Shown here piece after piece: positions 21,147-31,404 of a stretch of 64,000 nucleotides of DNA. Positions within the stretch are counted from its first letter, which is position 1; every line of letters starts with the position of its first letter. The notes beneath the pieces are model-generated. The model worked only from the letters and a program-made list of their open reading frames with translations. It was not told the DNA's origin and did no database searches. This DNA comes from Akkermansiaceae bacterium. GTDB taxonomy: Bacteria > Verrucomicrobiota > Verrucomicrobiia > Verrucomicrobiales > Akkermansiaceae. The position numbers and the translations under genes were made by a program. The DNA is taken from assembly GCA_051251915.1 (NCBI GenBank), contig JBPOGF010000007.1, forward strand, positions 32,001 to 96,000, written 5' to 3'.

Positions 21147-22463
21147 TTATGTTTGAATCATATCCAGTTGGCCGTTGGAGTCTCCTATTCTTTTGGCTGA
21201 GACGTCCATTCTTTCTAGGAGGGAGAGGTAGAGGTTGGTCATGGGGGTGCCTTGTGGGGCTTGGATGTGTCTGCCTGGGGTGAGTGTGCCTGCGCCACCG
21301 CCTGCTAGGATGATGGGTAGGTCGTTGTGGTTGTGTTTGTTACCATCTCCGATGCTGCTGCCGTAGACGATCATGGTGTTGTCTAGGAGGTTGCCGCCGT
21401 TTTCTCCTTCGGTGGTGTTCTTGAGATTTTGGAGGAAGTAGGCTAGTTGTTCTGTGTAGAAGGCGTCGATCTGGGCGATTTGCTTGAGGGTTTCTGGGTT
21501 TCTGCGGTGGTGTGAGAGGGCGTGGTGGCCGCCGCTGATTCCTATTTCTTTGAAGGTTCTGTTAGAGCCTTCATTGGAGAGCATGAAGCTGGCGATACGG
21601 GTGCTGTCTGTCTTGAAGGCAAGGGCCATGATGTCGAACATGGATCTGATGTGGGCTTGGTAGCCTGCGGGGACGCCGTCTGGCTTGGCGTCTGTGGGGT
21701 AGTGGTCTTGGAAGTGTTCTGCTTGCTCGATGCTTCGTTCTACTTCACGGATGGAGGTGAGGTACTCGTCTAATTTATGGCGGTCTTCTGTGCCTATTTT
21801 CTGGTGGAGGTTTTTGGCGTCTTGGCCGATGAAGTCTAGGACTGATTTGCGTTTGGCGCGTCTTATGGCGTCTGCTTTGAAGTCGCCGGAGCCGAAGATT
21901 TTCTCGAAGGCGACTCGTGGGTCGTATTCGGCGGGCATGGGTGTGGACTCGTCTCTCCAGGAGATGTTGTGCTGGTAGATGCAGGAGTATCCGGAGTCAC
22001 AGGAGCCTGATAGGCGGGAGCGGACGGTGGAGAGTTCTAGTGATGAGAGCTTGGTTTGGTGGCCGATGTGGCGGGCGGCTAGCTGGTCTACTGAGATGCC
22101 GTTGCGGATGTTTGCTCCGGCGGTTTTTTTGGCTTGGCAGCCTGTAAGGAATGTGGCGCTGGCGCGGGCGTGGTCGCCGGGGCCGTCGCCGTTTGATTTT
22201 GCTTTATCGTGGTCTAGTCCGCTGATGATCTGGATGTCATCTTTGAATGGGGAGAGGGATTGTAGTGAATTTGAGAGTGCGTAATTAGAGCCTATGCCGG
22301 TGGGTTTCCATTGTTTGAGGTTTACTCCATTAGGGACGTAGAGGAAGGCTAGGCGGTTTGGGGTGGCAGCTGTGCTCGATGTGTTAGTGACTGCTGCTAG
22401 AGAAGTCATGTGGGGGAGTGAGATGGTGGCTGCGACGCCTTTTAGGAAATTTCTGCGGTTCAT
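21147..22463 (-). CDS. DUF1552 domain protein (Tat-like signal)
   Basis: MNRRNFLKG, YVPNG, SVDQLAA, CDSGYSC.Y..NISW, NLLDNTMIVYGS, H...LP.ILAG. Confidence 0.9.
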   Translation of the reverse strand: MNRRNFLKGVAATISLPHMTSLAAVTNTSSTAATPNRLAFLYVPNGVNLKQWKPTGIGSNYALSNSLQSLSPFKDDIQIISGLDHDKAKSNGDGPGDHARASATFLTGCQAKKTAGANIRNGISVDQLAARHIGHQTKLSSLELSTVRSRLSGSCDSGYSCIYQHNISWRDESTPMPAEYDPRVAFEKIFGSGDFKADAIRRAKRKSVLDFIGQDAKNLHQKIGTEDRHKLDEYLTSIREVERSIEQAEHFQDHYPTDAKPDGVPAGYQAHIRSMFDIMALAFKTDSTRIASFMLSNEGSNRTFKEIGISGGHHALSHHRRNPETLKQIAQIDAFYTEQLAYFLQNLKNTTEGENGGNLLDNTMIVYGSSIGDGNKHNHNDLPIILAGGGAGTLTPGRHIQAPQGTPMTNLYLSLLERMDVSAKRIGDSNGQLDMIQT

Positions 22464-22554
22464 AATATGGCTTCGCCATGTCATTGGTCAATAGGCAATG
22501 GTCAATAGTGCCTGGTTGATGAAACGGCTTGGGTAGTGGTTGGCTAATGGTTGG

Positions 22555-24954
22555 CTATTGGTTGAAGTTTTCTGTGCGGGTTTGTTGGAATGGGGTGCTG
22601 TGGATTACGGCGTGGATTAGGGAGCGGAGGGTGAGGTTGTTTTTCTTGGTGTGGGTGATGATGTCTTCTAGGGCGTGTTTGTCGTAATACTCTAGTCCTC
22701 TGCCGATGCTGTAGGTGAGGAGTTTCTCTGAGATGCAGTGTAAAAAATCATCTGCTTTGTTCTTTCTTAGCACAGATTTCATCTCAGTTCCATTTTTAAA
22801 GCTTTCTCCGGTAATGAGTTTGCCGAAGGTGTCGATGGGTTTTCCTTTGTCGGCGAGTCTCCATTCGCCGATGGCGTTGTAGTTCTCTAGGGTGAAGCCT
22901 AGGGGGTCTAGGAGGTTGTGGCAGGCGGCGCACTCGGCTTTCTGGCGGTGTTCTTCTAGTTGTTTTCTAAGGCTGAGTGAACGGTTGTGCTTGGCATCTG
23001 GTTCTAGTGATGGGATGTCACCGGGAGGAGGAGGAGGGGCGGTGCCGAGGATGTTTTCTAGGATCCATTTTCCACGTAGGACTGGTGAGGTTCTGTCTGG
23101 GTAGGAGGTGAGGGTGAGGACGGAGAGTTGGGTGAGGAGTCCGCCGCGGTGGTTGTGTTCTGTTGGGAATGTGACTTTGCGGAAGTGTTTTCCGGTGATG
23201 CCAGGGATGCCGTAGAAGTTGGCGAGTCTTTCGTTGAGGAAGCTGTAGTTGGAGTCTAGGCAGTCGAGTAGGCTGGTGTTGGTTTTTAGGAGGTGTCTGA
23301 GGAAGTGTTGGCTCTCGCTGATGGCGTCATTTTTGATGTTTTTATTCCATTGAGGGAAGAGTCTGGAGTCTGGGGAGATGACGTCTAGGTCGCGGAGTTG
23401 GAGCCATTGTCCGCTGAAGTTGGTGATGAAGTTTTCTGCCTTGGGGTCATCTAGCATGCGTTCTATTTCTTCTGTTAGAGTGGTGCGTAGCTGGTTGTTT
23501 TTTGCCTTTTCTAGTAGTGTGTGGTCTGGGGTGGATGACCAGAGGAAGTAGGAGAGGCGTGATGCTAGGGCTAGCTCGGAGATGGGGGAGACTGGTTTGT
23601 TAGGATTTGCGGGTGCGCTATCTATGTAGAGGAAGTGCGGGGAGCAGAGCATGGCTTGCATGCCTAGGATGATCTGGCGCTGGAGTATTTCTGGGGTTTC
23701 GTCACTGGGGGTGAGAAACTGGGTGTAGGGTTGGATTTCGCTGAGGTTTACGGGGCGGCGGAATGCTTTATTGGCGAACGTGTGCCAGACTTCGAGTGCG
23801 TAGGCTTCTGCTGTCTGGGATGCGAGTCTGTCTGGGAGGAGGTCTTGATGGGAGGATGGTTTGTCTGGGCGTTTGCCATCGAGTGGTCCTGTTAGTTTGA
23901 GCTCGTGGAGCTGGATGTTTCTGTCGCGGCGAGATTTATCTGGGTGGTTAGGGTCATAGAAATCATTGGTGTAGGCGATGGTGAGGGAGGAGTCTTTGGT
24001 GATGACTACTTTGAGTTTGGTTTGAGTTTCCGCGCTTTTGTGTGGGATTTCTACTTTGGCGAGAACCTTGTGGTGGTCTCTGATCTCTAGGAGTGCTTCT
24101 TCGTTACCAGCTGGGGTGGATGATGCTGCGATTTCTAGTTGGTAAATACCTTCGCTGAGTGAGTGAGTGGGGATGTCTGCGGTTCCGCTGATGTAGAAGT
24201 GGCCGTCTTTGATTTCGTTTGGCTGGTAGTTGAGCTTGTTGATGGGGAATGGGTGCTCGGCCCATGGCATCTGGTCGATGCGGGTGGCTTTGTTTAGCGC
24301 TATTTCTGCGGCTGTTAGGTATTTTTCTATGTGTGCTGGGGAGACGGTGTGGACATCACTGATGGTGTCAAAGCCGTAGCCGGTGTCATCTAGCGGGAGA
24401 AGTTTCTCGACATCAATGGTGACGCCTAACAGATCTTGGATGGTGTTCTGGTATTCATTGCGGTTGAGCCTGCGGAGGACGACTTTGCCTGGGTCAGGGT
24501 TTTCTGGGTCGACGTATAGGATGGTGTTGTCTATCCAGCTGGTGATGCGTGATGTCTCGGCGGTTTTTGGTTGAGGTTCATCGACTGGGGGCATGAGCTT
24601 GAGGTCGAGGTGCTCTTTGATTTTGTGCCAGCTTTCACGATCTTGGGTCATGCTGGCGAAGGAGGTGTATTTATCTAGGTCGAGCGAGCCTTTGTCTGAG
24701 CCGTCCATGTGGCAGTCATAGCAGTACTGCTCCATGATGGGCATGATTTCATCTTGGAAGGTGGTGTAGTGAACCTCTGGGTCAAGGGGAGGTTGAGCGG
24801 GGGCTGTGTGAGCAGCGAGTGGTGGGTAAGAGGTGCTGAGGGATGGTATAGTAAGCATGCTCCCGTAATACCATCCTAGGAATCCGCACAGAAGCAGGAT
24901 GCTGGCTAATAGTAGCCGCTTTCCTGTTTTTAGGGATTGTTGGTGTCTTCTCAT
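22555..24954 (-). CDS. DUF1592/DUF1588/DUF1587 (PSD) protein with cytochrome c heme-binding motifs
   Basis: CYDCH and CAACH; RRLNRNEYQNTI, LASRLSYFLWSS.PD, TSPVLRGKWIL; usual partner of DUF1552. Confidence 0.9.
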   Translation of the reverse strand: MRRHQQSLKTGKRLLLASILLLCGFLGWYYGSMLTIPSLSTSYPPLAAHTAPAQPPLDPEVHYTTFQDEIMPIMEQYCYDCHMDGSDKGSLDLDKYTSFASMTQDRESWHKIKEHLDLKLMPPVDEPQPKTAETSRITSWIDNTILYVDPENPDPGKVVLRRLNRNEYQNTIQDLLGVTIDVEKLLPLDDTGYGFDTISDVHTVSPAHIEKYLTAAEIALNKATRIDQMPWAEHPFPINKLNYQPNEIKDGHFYISGTADIPTHSLSEGIYQLEIAASSTPAGNEEALLEIRDHHKVLAKVEIPHKSAETQTKLKVVITKDSSLTIAYTNDFYDPNHPDKSRRDRNIQLHELKLTGPLDGKRPDKPSSHQDLLPDRLASQTAEAYALEVWHTFANKAFRRPVNLSEIQPYTQFLTPSDETPEILQRQIILGMQAMLCSPHFLYIDSAPANPNKPVSPISELALASRLSYFLWSSTPDHTLLEKAKNNQLRTTLTEEIERMLDDPKAENFITNFSGQWLQLRDLDVISPDSRLFPQWNKNIKNDAISESQHFLRHLLKTNTSLLDCLDSNYSFLNERLANFYGIPGITGKHFRKVTFPTEHNHRGGLLTQLSVLTLTSYPDRTSPVLRGKWILENILGTAPPPPPGDIPSLEPDAKHNRSLSLRKQLEEHRQKAECAACHNLLDPLGFTLENYNAIGEWRLADKGKPIDTFGKLITGESFKNGTEMKSVLRKNKADDFLHCISEKLLTYSIGRGLEYYDKHALEDIITHTKKNNLTLRSLIHAVIHSTPFQQTRTENFNQ

Positions 24955-26075
24955 TGATGTGTGTTCATTTCTAGCCAGGCATCCATTCCGCCCGAAATAT
25001 TGACGAGTTGTGTGAATCCATTCTCAGCTAGATACGCGCAGGCGCGTGCACTTCTTACACCGCCTTTGCAGTGAATGTAGAGGGTGGTATTTTTTGGTAA
25101 ATTTTCGGCAGAATTTGGGATATCTGGTAGGGGGATGAGCTTACTTCCTGGGATGGAGCATTCTGCGTGTTCGGCTGGAAGGCGGACGTCGATGAGCATT
25201 CCGTCTAGGCCTGAGTCGAGTTTTACTTTGAGTTCGGTAACTGTTATTTCTGTCATGGTTTCGGGTGGTTTAACGCCGCAGAATTCCTCGTAGTCGATCA
25301 GTTTGGTGATCGTGGGGTTTTCGCCACAGAGTGGGCATTGCGGATCTTTTCTTAGGTTGAAGTTTCTGAAGTTGGTGTTGAGGCCATCGTAGTGGACTAG
25401 CTTGCCGAGTGGTGGTGTGCCGGCGGCTAGGATGAGTTTGATGGCTTCCATGGCTTGGAGTGAGCCGATGATACCGGGGAGGACTCCGAGAACGCCGGCT
25501 TCTGCGCAACTGGGCACTGAGCCTGGTTCTGGTGGTTCTGGGAGCATGCAGCGGTAGCAGGGGCCGCCTAGGTGGGGGGCGAAGACGCTGATCTGGCCTT
25601 CGAAGCGGAATATGGAGCCGTAGATGTTTGGTTTTTTGAGGAGGAATGCGACGTCATTGGAGAGGTAGCGGGTGGGGAAGTTGTCTGTGCCATCGATGAT
25701 GATGTCGTAGTCTTTGTCTTGGACGATTTCTACTGCGTTTGCTGAGGTGAACTTGGCGGGGTAGGTGACGACGTTTAGGTGTGGGTTGATTTCTAAGAGA
25801 CGTGCTTTTGCGGAGTCTAGTTTGGGTTTGCCGATCCATGACTCGCCGTGGAGGATTTGGCGTTGGAGGTTGGAGGTTTCTACGGTGTCATCATCTACTA
25901 TGCCGATGGTGCCGACTCCGGCGGCGGCAAGGTAGAGTGCAACTGGTGAGCCTAATCCGCCTGCGCCGATGCAGAGGACGGATGAGGCTTTGAGTTTCTC
26001 CTGCCCTACTTGGCCAACTTCTGGGAGGGTGAAGTGTCTGGCGTAGCGTTTTTTTTCTTCAGGTGTGAGGGGCAT
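24951..26075 (-). CDS. moeB: MoeB/MoeZ adenylyltransferase with C-terminal rhodanese domain
   Basis: RYARHF, GAGGLGSP, SNLQRQ, CYRC, CPLC, rhodanese HCKGGVRS. Confidence 0.93.
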   Translation of the reverse strand: MPLTPEEKKRYARHFTLPEVGQVGQEKLKASSVLCIGAGGLGSPVALYLAAAGVGTIGIVDDDTVETSNLQRQILHGESWIGKPKLDSAKARLLEINPHLNVVTYPAKFTSANAVEIVQDKDYDIIIDGTDNFPTRYLSNDVAFLLKKPNIYGSIFRFEGQISVFAPHLGGPCYRCMLPEPPEPGSVPSCAEAGVLGVLPGIIGSLQAMEAIKLILAAGTPPLGKLVHYDGLNTNFRNFNLRKDPQCPLCGENPTITKLIDYEEFCGVKPPETMTEITVTELKVKLDSGLDGMLIDVRLPAEHAECSIPGSKLIPLPDIPNSAENLPKNTTLYIHCKGGVRSARACAYLAENGFTQLVNISGGMDAWLEMNTHQ

Positions 26076-26097
26076 TTAATTGAATATTGAATTTTCG

Positions 26098-27807
26098 CTA
26101 ATGATCTGATGCTTCTCCTGCTCCGCTGGGATTGTGGATGCGGCGGACCATTCGCTGGACGTCTTCTGGTGGTGCTGGGGTGAAGGCGGAGACGGTGAAG
26201 GCTACGATGAAGTTAAGTAGCATGCCTACGAAGCCGATTCCTTCAGGTGAGATTCCGAAGAGGTATTGATCTTCTGTGCCTCCAAAGAACTGGAAGTAGG
26301 TAATGTAGATGAAGGTGAAGCAGATACCGACGATCATTCCTGCAGTAGCACCTTCTTTGTTTACTCTTTTGGAGAAAATACCCATGAGGAGTGTGGGGAA
26401 GAAGGATGATGCGGCGAGCCCGAATGCGAATGCGACGGTTTTGGCGATGAATGCTGATGGAGGGTTGATACCGAACCAGCAAGCGATAATGAGTGAGCCT
26501 AGTGAGGCGATGCGAGCCCATTTCATTTCTTGTTTGTCTGTAAGATCTGGGTTGATGATTTTTTTCATCAAGTCATGGGATATGGAGGTAGAGAGGACGA
26601 GTAGTAATCCCGCTGCAGTTGAAAGTGCGGCAGCGATACAACCAGCCATGAGGAGCGCTATAACCCATTGTGGAGTGTTGCCCATATATGGGTTAGCCAT
26701 GACGATGATGTCGGCTCCGAAGGTGAGTTCATTTGCGGCAATGTTACCTTCAGCAACTTCTTTAGCTGAGTATTGCATGAGTCCATCACCGTTTTTGTCT
26801 TCCCATTTCATTTGGCCTGATTTCTCAAAGCGCTCAAACCAATCTGGAGCTTCTGCGTGTGGTGTGTTGTTGAGTGTTTCTACGAGGTTTACTCTGGAGA
26901 ATGATCCTACTGCTGATGCTGTGAGGTAAATGACGGCAATGAATGCGAGTGTCCAGCAGGCAGATTTTCTGACGGCTTTGACGCTTTTGACGGTGAAGAA
27001 TCTGACGATCACGTGAGGTAGGCCTGCTGTGCCGCACATGAGGGCGGCAGTGATGCAGAACATGTTGATTTTGCTCAGCTTTGAACTGGTGAATTCTTGG
27101 AAGCCTAGTTCTGTGTTGATGTTGTTGATTTTTTCTAGGAATGGGAGTGATTCACCATTGGCGGTGTAGTCACCGATTAGGCCTAACTGAGGAATGACGT
27201 TTCCTGTGAGTGCCATGGAGATGAAGATGGCGGGGAGCGTGTAGGCAAATGCCATGACGCAATACTGAGCTACTTGGGTGTAGGTGATGCCTTTCATACC
27301 ACCGAGTCCAGCATAGAAGAAAACAATAGCGGCTCCGATGATGACGCCGGCTTCAATGGGGATCTGAAATAGCTGCGAGAAGACAACTCCTACGCCACGC
27401 ATCTGCCCCATGATGTAGGTGAGTGAGATGAAGAGGGCGCAGAGGACTGCTACGAAGCGGGTGAAGTTTGAGTAGTAGCGGTCGCCGATGAAATCAGGGA
27501 CAGTGGCTTTGCCAAATTTTCTGAGGTAGGGGACCATGAGGATGGTGAGGAGGACGAATCCGCCAGTCCAGCCCATGAGGAAACGTGAGGCGTCATAGCC
27601 ACTGAGGGCGATGCCTCCAGCCATGGAGATGAAGGTTGCTGCTGACATCCAGTCGGCCGCGGTTGCCATGCCATTGGCAAGTGGGGATACGCCTCCTCCG
27701 GCAGTGTAATATTCTTTAGTGGAGGTGGCGCGAGACTTGAGAGCGATACCGATGTAGAGCGCAAATGAGAGGCCGATAAAGATGAAGTTTAGAGTGTCTT
27801 GATCCAT
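26098..27807 (-). CDS. Sodium:solute symporter, cation/acetate (ActP-like)
   Basis: [42 protein letters not shown]. Confidence 0.9.
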   Translation of the reverse strand: MDQDTLNFIFIGLSFALYIGIALKSRATSTKEYYTAGGGVSPLANGMATAADWMSAATFISMAGGIALSGYDASRFLMGWTGGFVLLTILMVPYLRKFGKATVPDFIGDRYYSNFTRFVAVLCALFISLTYIMGQMRGVGVVFSQLFQIPIEAGVIIGAAIVFFYAGLGGMKGITYTQVAQYCVMAFAYTLPAIFISMALTGNVIPQLGLIGDYTANGESLPFLEKINNINTELGFQEFTSSKLSKINMFCITAALMCGTAGLPHVIVRFFTVKSVKAVRKSACWTLAFIAVIYLTASAVGSFSRVNLVETLNNTPHAEAPDWFERFEKSGQMKWEDKNGDGLMQYSAKEVAEGNIAANELTFGADIIVMANPYMGNTPQWVIALLMAGCIAAALSTAAGLLLVLSTSISHDLMKKIINPDLTDKQEMKWARIASLGSLIIACWFGINPPSAFIAKTVAFAFGLAASSFFPTLLMGIFSKRVNKEGATAGMIVGICFTFIYITYFQFFGGTEDQYLFGISPEGIGFVGMLLNFIVAFTVSAFTPAPPEDVQRMVRRIHNPSGAGEASDH

Positions 27808-28119
27808 CTATTTGGTCTCCTTTCCTGTGTCATTAGAATCTTCTGAGTATCCGTGTTTCTTATCGAGTTTACCCATGAGGATGGCGTAGGCGATGAGGAT
27901 GAGGACGAAGCAGATGATGGATCCTTGCTGAGCCATCCAGAATCCGAATGGCGCGTTACCTATGCTGAATGCGGCGTCTAGCTGCTCACGAAAAAGAATC
28001 CCACAGCCGAAGCTGACGGTGAACCAGATGGCGAGAAGGCTGAAGAGGATGGTGAGGCTGGACTTTCTGTAGCCTCCTGAGGTTTCGTTGTTTTCTTGAT
28101 CGGTTTTATTGTGTTCCAT
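27808..28119 (-). CDS. DUF4212 small membrane partner of the sodium:solute symporter
   Basis: WFTVSFG, PFGFWMAQQGSI, LDKKHG; directly abuts the SSS gene. Confidence 0.9.
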   Translation of the reverse strand: MEHNKTDQENNETSGGYRKSSLTILFSLLAIWFTVSFGCGILFREQLDAAFSIGNAPFGFWMAQQGSIICFVLILIAYAILMGKLDKKHGYSEDSNDTGKETK

Positions 28120-28204
28120 AATGAGTTTTACTAATAGGTAGAGCTACTATTAGCAGTGGGAACATGATGCCGACAAGGGGAAAGCGCGGGAGGGTGTGAT
28201 ATTT

Positions 28205-29857
28205 TTAGGCGTTTGCTTTGAGCCTGGCTACGGAGTATTCTGGATCATCTGGGAGAACTTCGATGGTGACCATGGTGCCGGCTTTATCGAGCATGGCTCT
28301 GCAATCTGATGATAGGTGACGTAGTTTGAGGTTCTTGCCAGCTTTACTGTATTTTTCGGCGATGCTGTTGAGGGCTTCGATTCCGGAGAGGTCAGCGACG
28401 CGCATTTTTTCACAGTCGATGACGATGTTCTTACGATCTGAGGTGGCAGCGAAGCGTTCTAGGAAGTCTGATGCGGAGCCGAAGTAGAGGATTCCTTCTG
28501 GGGCGTAGATGCGCTCGTCTTCTGATTCTGAGTCTTTTACTGTATCGACCTGGATGTGGGTGGAGCTTTTGGCTGCGAATACGAGGGCTGAGAGGATGAC
28601 TCCGATGCCGACACCTATGGCGAGGTTGTGCGTGTAGACGGTGATAGCTGTGACAACGATGACTACGAGGAGTTCACTGTGTGGAATTTTGTTGATGGAT
28701 CTTAGGGTGGCCCACTCGAAGGTGCTGATGACGATCATGAACATGACGCCGACGAGTGCTGCAACTGGGATACTCATGAGGATGTCTGCTCCGAAGAGGA
28801 TGAGGGCGAGGAGCGTGAGTGCTCCGACTACGCCTGAGGTTCTGCCTCGGCCGCCATTTTTCATGTTGATGAGTGACTGGCCGATGGTGGCGCAACCTCC
28901 CATACCGCCGAACATGCCTGATGCGATGTTGGCTGTGCCTTGGGCGATGCATTCGCGGTTTCCTTGGCCGCGGGTCTCAGTGATGTCATCGATGAGCTGT
29001 AGGGTGAGGAGGGATTCTAGTAGTCCTACCATGGCGATGGTGAGGGAGATGGGGAGGATAAGCTTGTAGAAGTCTGCTTGCATCCATGGGACTTGTGAGA
29101 GGTCTGAGAAGGGGGGGAAGTCGCTGTTGATGTTGGCGGTGTCTGTGGGGCTGAGCATGCGTAGGATGTCACTGATGTCACGGATTCCTCCTGGGAGGAG
29201 CAGGCCGATGCCGAATACGGTGATGATGGCGATGAGTGTGGCGGGGACGGCCTTGGTGAGCCTAGGGAGGAACTGGATGATGGCCATTGTAAGGATGACT
29301 AGGGCGATCATGAGGGCTACTTGGGAGCCGCCTAGCCATCCGAGGTCTACGGAGCCTTCTGTGACTCCGTTTTTCTGTTGGAAGAAGAGTCCTTGGCCCA
29401 TTGCGATCATGATGGCGAGGCCGTTTACGAATCCCATCATGACTGGGTGAGGGATGAGGCGGACGAGTCTGCCTAGCTTGAAGATGCCGAATAGTATCTG
29501 AATGAGTCCGGCGAAGAGGAGTGCTGCAACTAGATACTGCATGCCGATGTCGTAGGCGGTGTATCCTTCGAATCCACCTGCTGCTAGGCCTTCTGCTCCT
29601 TTTTCTTTACCGATTTTAAATGCTTGGGCTGCTACGAGGGCGATGGCTCCGGTGGCACCGCAGATCATGCCTGGGCGGCCGCCGAAGATGGCGGTGATGA
29701 GGCCGACGAATACGCCTGACCAGAGTCCGACCATGGGGTTTACTCCGGCGATGAATGAGAATGCGATGGCTTCTGGGACGAGGAGTAGTGCTACTGTCAT
29801 TCCTGAGAGGATGTCGTCTTTGTAATTGCCGTTTTTCTTAGTGAATAGGTTGAACAT
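28205..29857 (-). CDS. SulP-family inorganic anion transporter with STAS domain
   Basis: VPEAIAFS, GGRPGMI.GATGA, GFVNGLA, GGMGGCA.IGQS, STAS C-terminus; start moved to MFNLFT. Confidence 0.93.
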   Translation of the reverse strand: MFNLFTKKNGNYKDDILSGMTVALLLVPEAIAFSFIAGVNPMVGLWSGVFVGLITAIFGGRPGMICGATGAIALVAAQAFKIGKEKGAEGLAAGGFEGYTAYDIGMQYLVAALLFAGLIQILFGIFKLGRLVRLIPHPVMMGFVNGLAIMIAMGQGLFFQQKNGVTEGSVDLGWLGGSQVALMIALVILTMAIIQFLPRLTKAVPATLIAIITVFGIGLLLPGGIRDISDILRMLSPTDTANINSDFPPFSDLSQVPWMQADFYKLILPISLTIAMVGLLESLLTLQLIDDITETRGQGNRECIAQGTANIASGMFGGMGGCATIGQSLINMKNGGRGRTSGVVGALTLLALILFGADILMSIPVAALVGVMFMIVISTFEWATLRSINKIPHSELLVVIVVTAITVYTHNLAIGVGIGVILSALVFAAKSSTHIQVDTVKDSESEDERIYAPEGILYFGSASDFLERFAATSDRKNIVIDCEKMRVADLSGIEALNSIAEKYSKAGKNLKLRHLSSDCRAMLDKAGTMVTIEVLPDDPEYSVARLKANA

Positions 29858-29958
29858 GGTGGTCTGGTGAAGAGTTAATGGGTCGCGAACTACTGGCAAT
29901 GAGCCAGTTTTGCAACCATTTTATTAGTGCGTGGTGGTGGGGAGGTGAGATTAGGCCA

Positions 29959-30016
29959 TTCGACCGTTAGGGTGCCTGCGGCAGGTCAGAGGTCATGGGT
30001 TGATTAGTCATTGGTC
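29959..30016 (+). repeat. 58 bp dispersed intergenic repeat, copy 1
   Basis: 54/58 identical to 61408-61465; central TGCC-TGC-GGCA hairpin. Confidence 0.9.
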
Positions 30017-30108
30017 TTGGATGATGAAACGAGGGTGGAGTGAAAAGGTTGATTTCTGGGCTTGGGTTGGGGGCTTGACGAGGGTGGTGTGAGTTATTAA
30101 TGTGTGGA

Positions 30109-31344
30109 ATGAGAATCTTTGTTGTGATGTTGTTTTTGTGTTTTCTGGGGGGGGATTTGGGGGCACAGGTGGCGGAGAAGGAGCGGAAGGTTTCTTTGGT
30201 GGATTTGATAGTAGGGAGTGAAGGGGTGTATAGATTGGCTGAAATTAAGGGGGACAATCTGCCTGTGTGGGAGATTTTGGCTGGGGAGAATGGAGAGGAC
30301 TATTTAGGTTGGGCTCTTCCTGCATATGCTTTTGGAGGTGAAAATCTGGCGCCGTTGAATCAATATTTGGATAAGGCAAATAAGGACAAGAAGTTTTTAC
30401 CCGGAAATTTGGTGTTTTATTTTAGAGGTCACGAGCGGTATGGGAGAGCGTATTGTTATATGAAAGATTACTCTGCTGATCTTTATCTAAATTTGGCAGG
30501 TCCCGCAGTGGAGGATAGTGCGATATTGTTTCCTAGGTATGATGGACTTAGGGATGATTTGATTTGGTTGTGTAGGAATCGGTATTTGCTGAGGCAGCTA
30601 AGTAAAGGGAGGTTGATTCCAGAGATTTATCATTTTACACCGCATCAGTTAGAGTTTTTGGTGCGGGTTTGTTCGGCTGAGCTTTTGAAGGAGCTACATA
30701 CCTATGCTAAGTCAGGAAGGGATGGTGTGCAGTTGGCTACGCTGTATCAATTTATGGATTATGATCCTGCTGATGCGAAGCGGTTTCCGTTGTTGGATGA
30801 GGGTGTTGTAGCGAAGTTAGCGATAGCGATAGATGATGGAATCTTAGAGAGGAAGATGTTTGCTGATCTTAAGGGGGCGTTGGGGGAGGTTAAGAAAAAG
30901 ATTGTTGCTAAGGGGTATTTGACTGAGCGTGATAAGAGGTTGCTACGGTCGTTTTTTATCAATGATCATGAGACTCGTGAGTTGCAGAGGGAGGTGGCTG
31001 CGGTGATGAAGGGAGAGATTATTGCGAGGGGGGATATCAATTTGTTAAAACCTTACCTCCAGCGGATAGAGAAAAGGCAATCTATTGCGGATTTGACGCA
31101 TTTGGCTGAGTTGATCAATAGTAAGAGGTTTACTGAGGGGGTGGAGGAGTTTCAAGAATTGATCATGGCGCAGTTTGATTTGCGTAAGGAAATAGAGGTG
31201 GTTTGGATATTGGCTCCGCTGATAAGGCATGAAGAGAAGCGGTTGGCTTGGAGGGCTAGGTTAATTATGAGAGGCTTTACGGGAGCAGATCTGGGGGATG
31301 ATCCTGCAAGTTGGCGGCTTTGGTATGAGAAGATGAATGAATAA
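30109..31344 (+). CDS. Secreted hypothetical protein with HEAT-like C-terminal motif
   Basis: Signal peptide (..LGA/Q); C-terminal FTGADLGDDPASWRLWY. Confidence 0.7.
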   Translation: MRIFVVMLFLCFLGGDLGAQVAEKERKVSLVDLIVGSEGVYRLAEIKGDNLPVWEILAGENGEDYLGWALPAYAFGGENLAPLNQYLDKANKDKKFLPGNLVFYFRGHERYGRAYCYMKDYSADLYLNLAGPAVEDSAILFPRYDGLRDDLIWLCRNRYLLRQLSKGRLIPEIYHFTPHQLEFLVRVCSAELLKELHTYAKSGRDGVQLATLYQFMDYDPADAKRFPLLDEGVVAKLAIAIDDGILERKMFADLKGALGEVKKKIVAKGYLTERDKRLLRSFFINDHETRELQREVAAVMKGEIIARGDINLLKPYLQRIEKRQSIADLTHLAELINSKRFTEGVEEFQELIMAQFDLRKEIEVVWILAPLIRHEEKRLAWRARLIMRGFTGADLGDDPASWRLWYEKMNE

Positions 31345-31378
31345 AAAAGCTCTGTGGTGAATTCACCACAGAGCTTTT
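31345..31378. terminator. Bidirectional terminator forming a perfect 34 bp palindrome
   Basis: AAAAGCTCTGTGGTGAA|TTCACCACAGAGCTTTT between convergent genes. Confidence 0.85.
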
Positions 31379-31404
31379 ATCATTGTTGAAAAACGAGTTC
31401 TTAA

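Noticed and set aside
21147..24954. DUF1552/DUF1592 pair as a novel system
   Set aside because: Function unknown, but this pairing is a well-known, highly paralogous feature of PVC genomes
26309..26929. 206 aa + strand ORF and many similar short antisense or alternative-frame ORFs across the window
   Set aside because: They overlap well-supported genes; their S/R/P/H-rich composition reflects codon bias and strand skew
29967..30257. 96 aa minus-strand ORF
   Set aside because: Overlaps the 30109 gene antisense and runs through the 58 bp repeat; low-complexity translation
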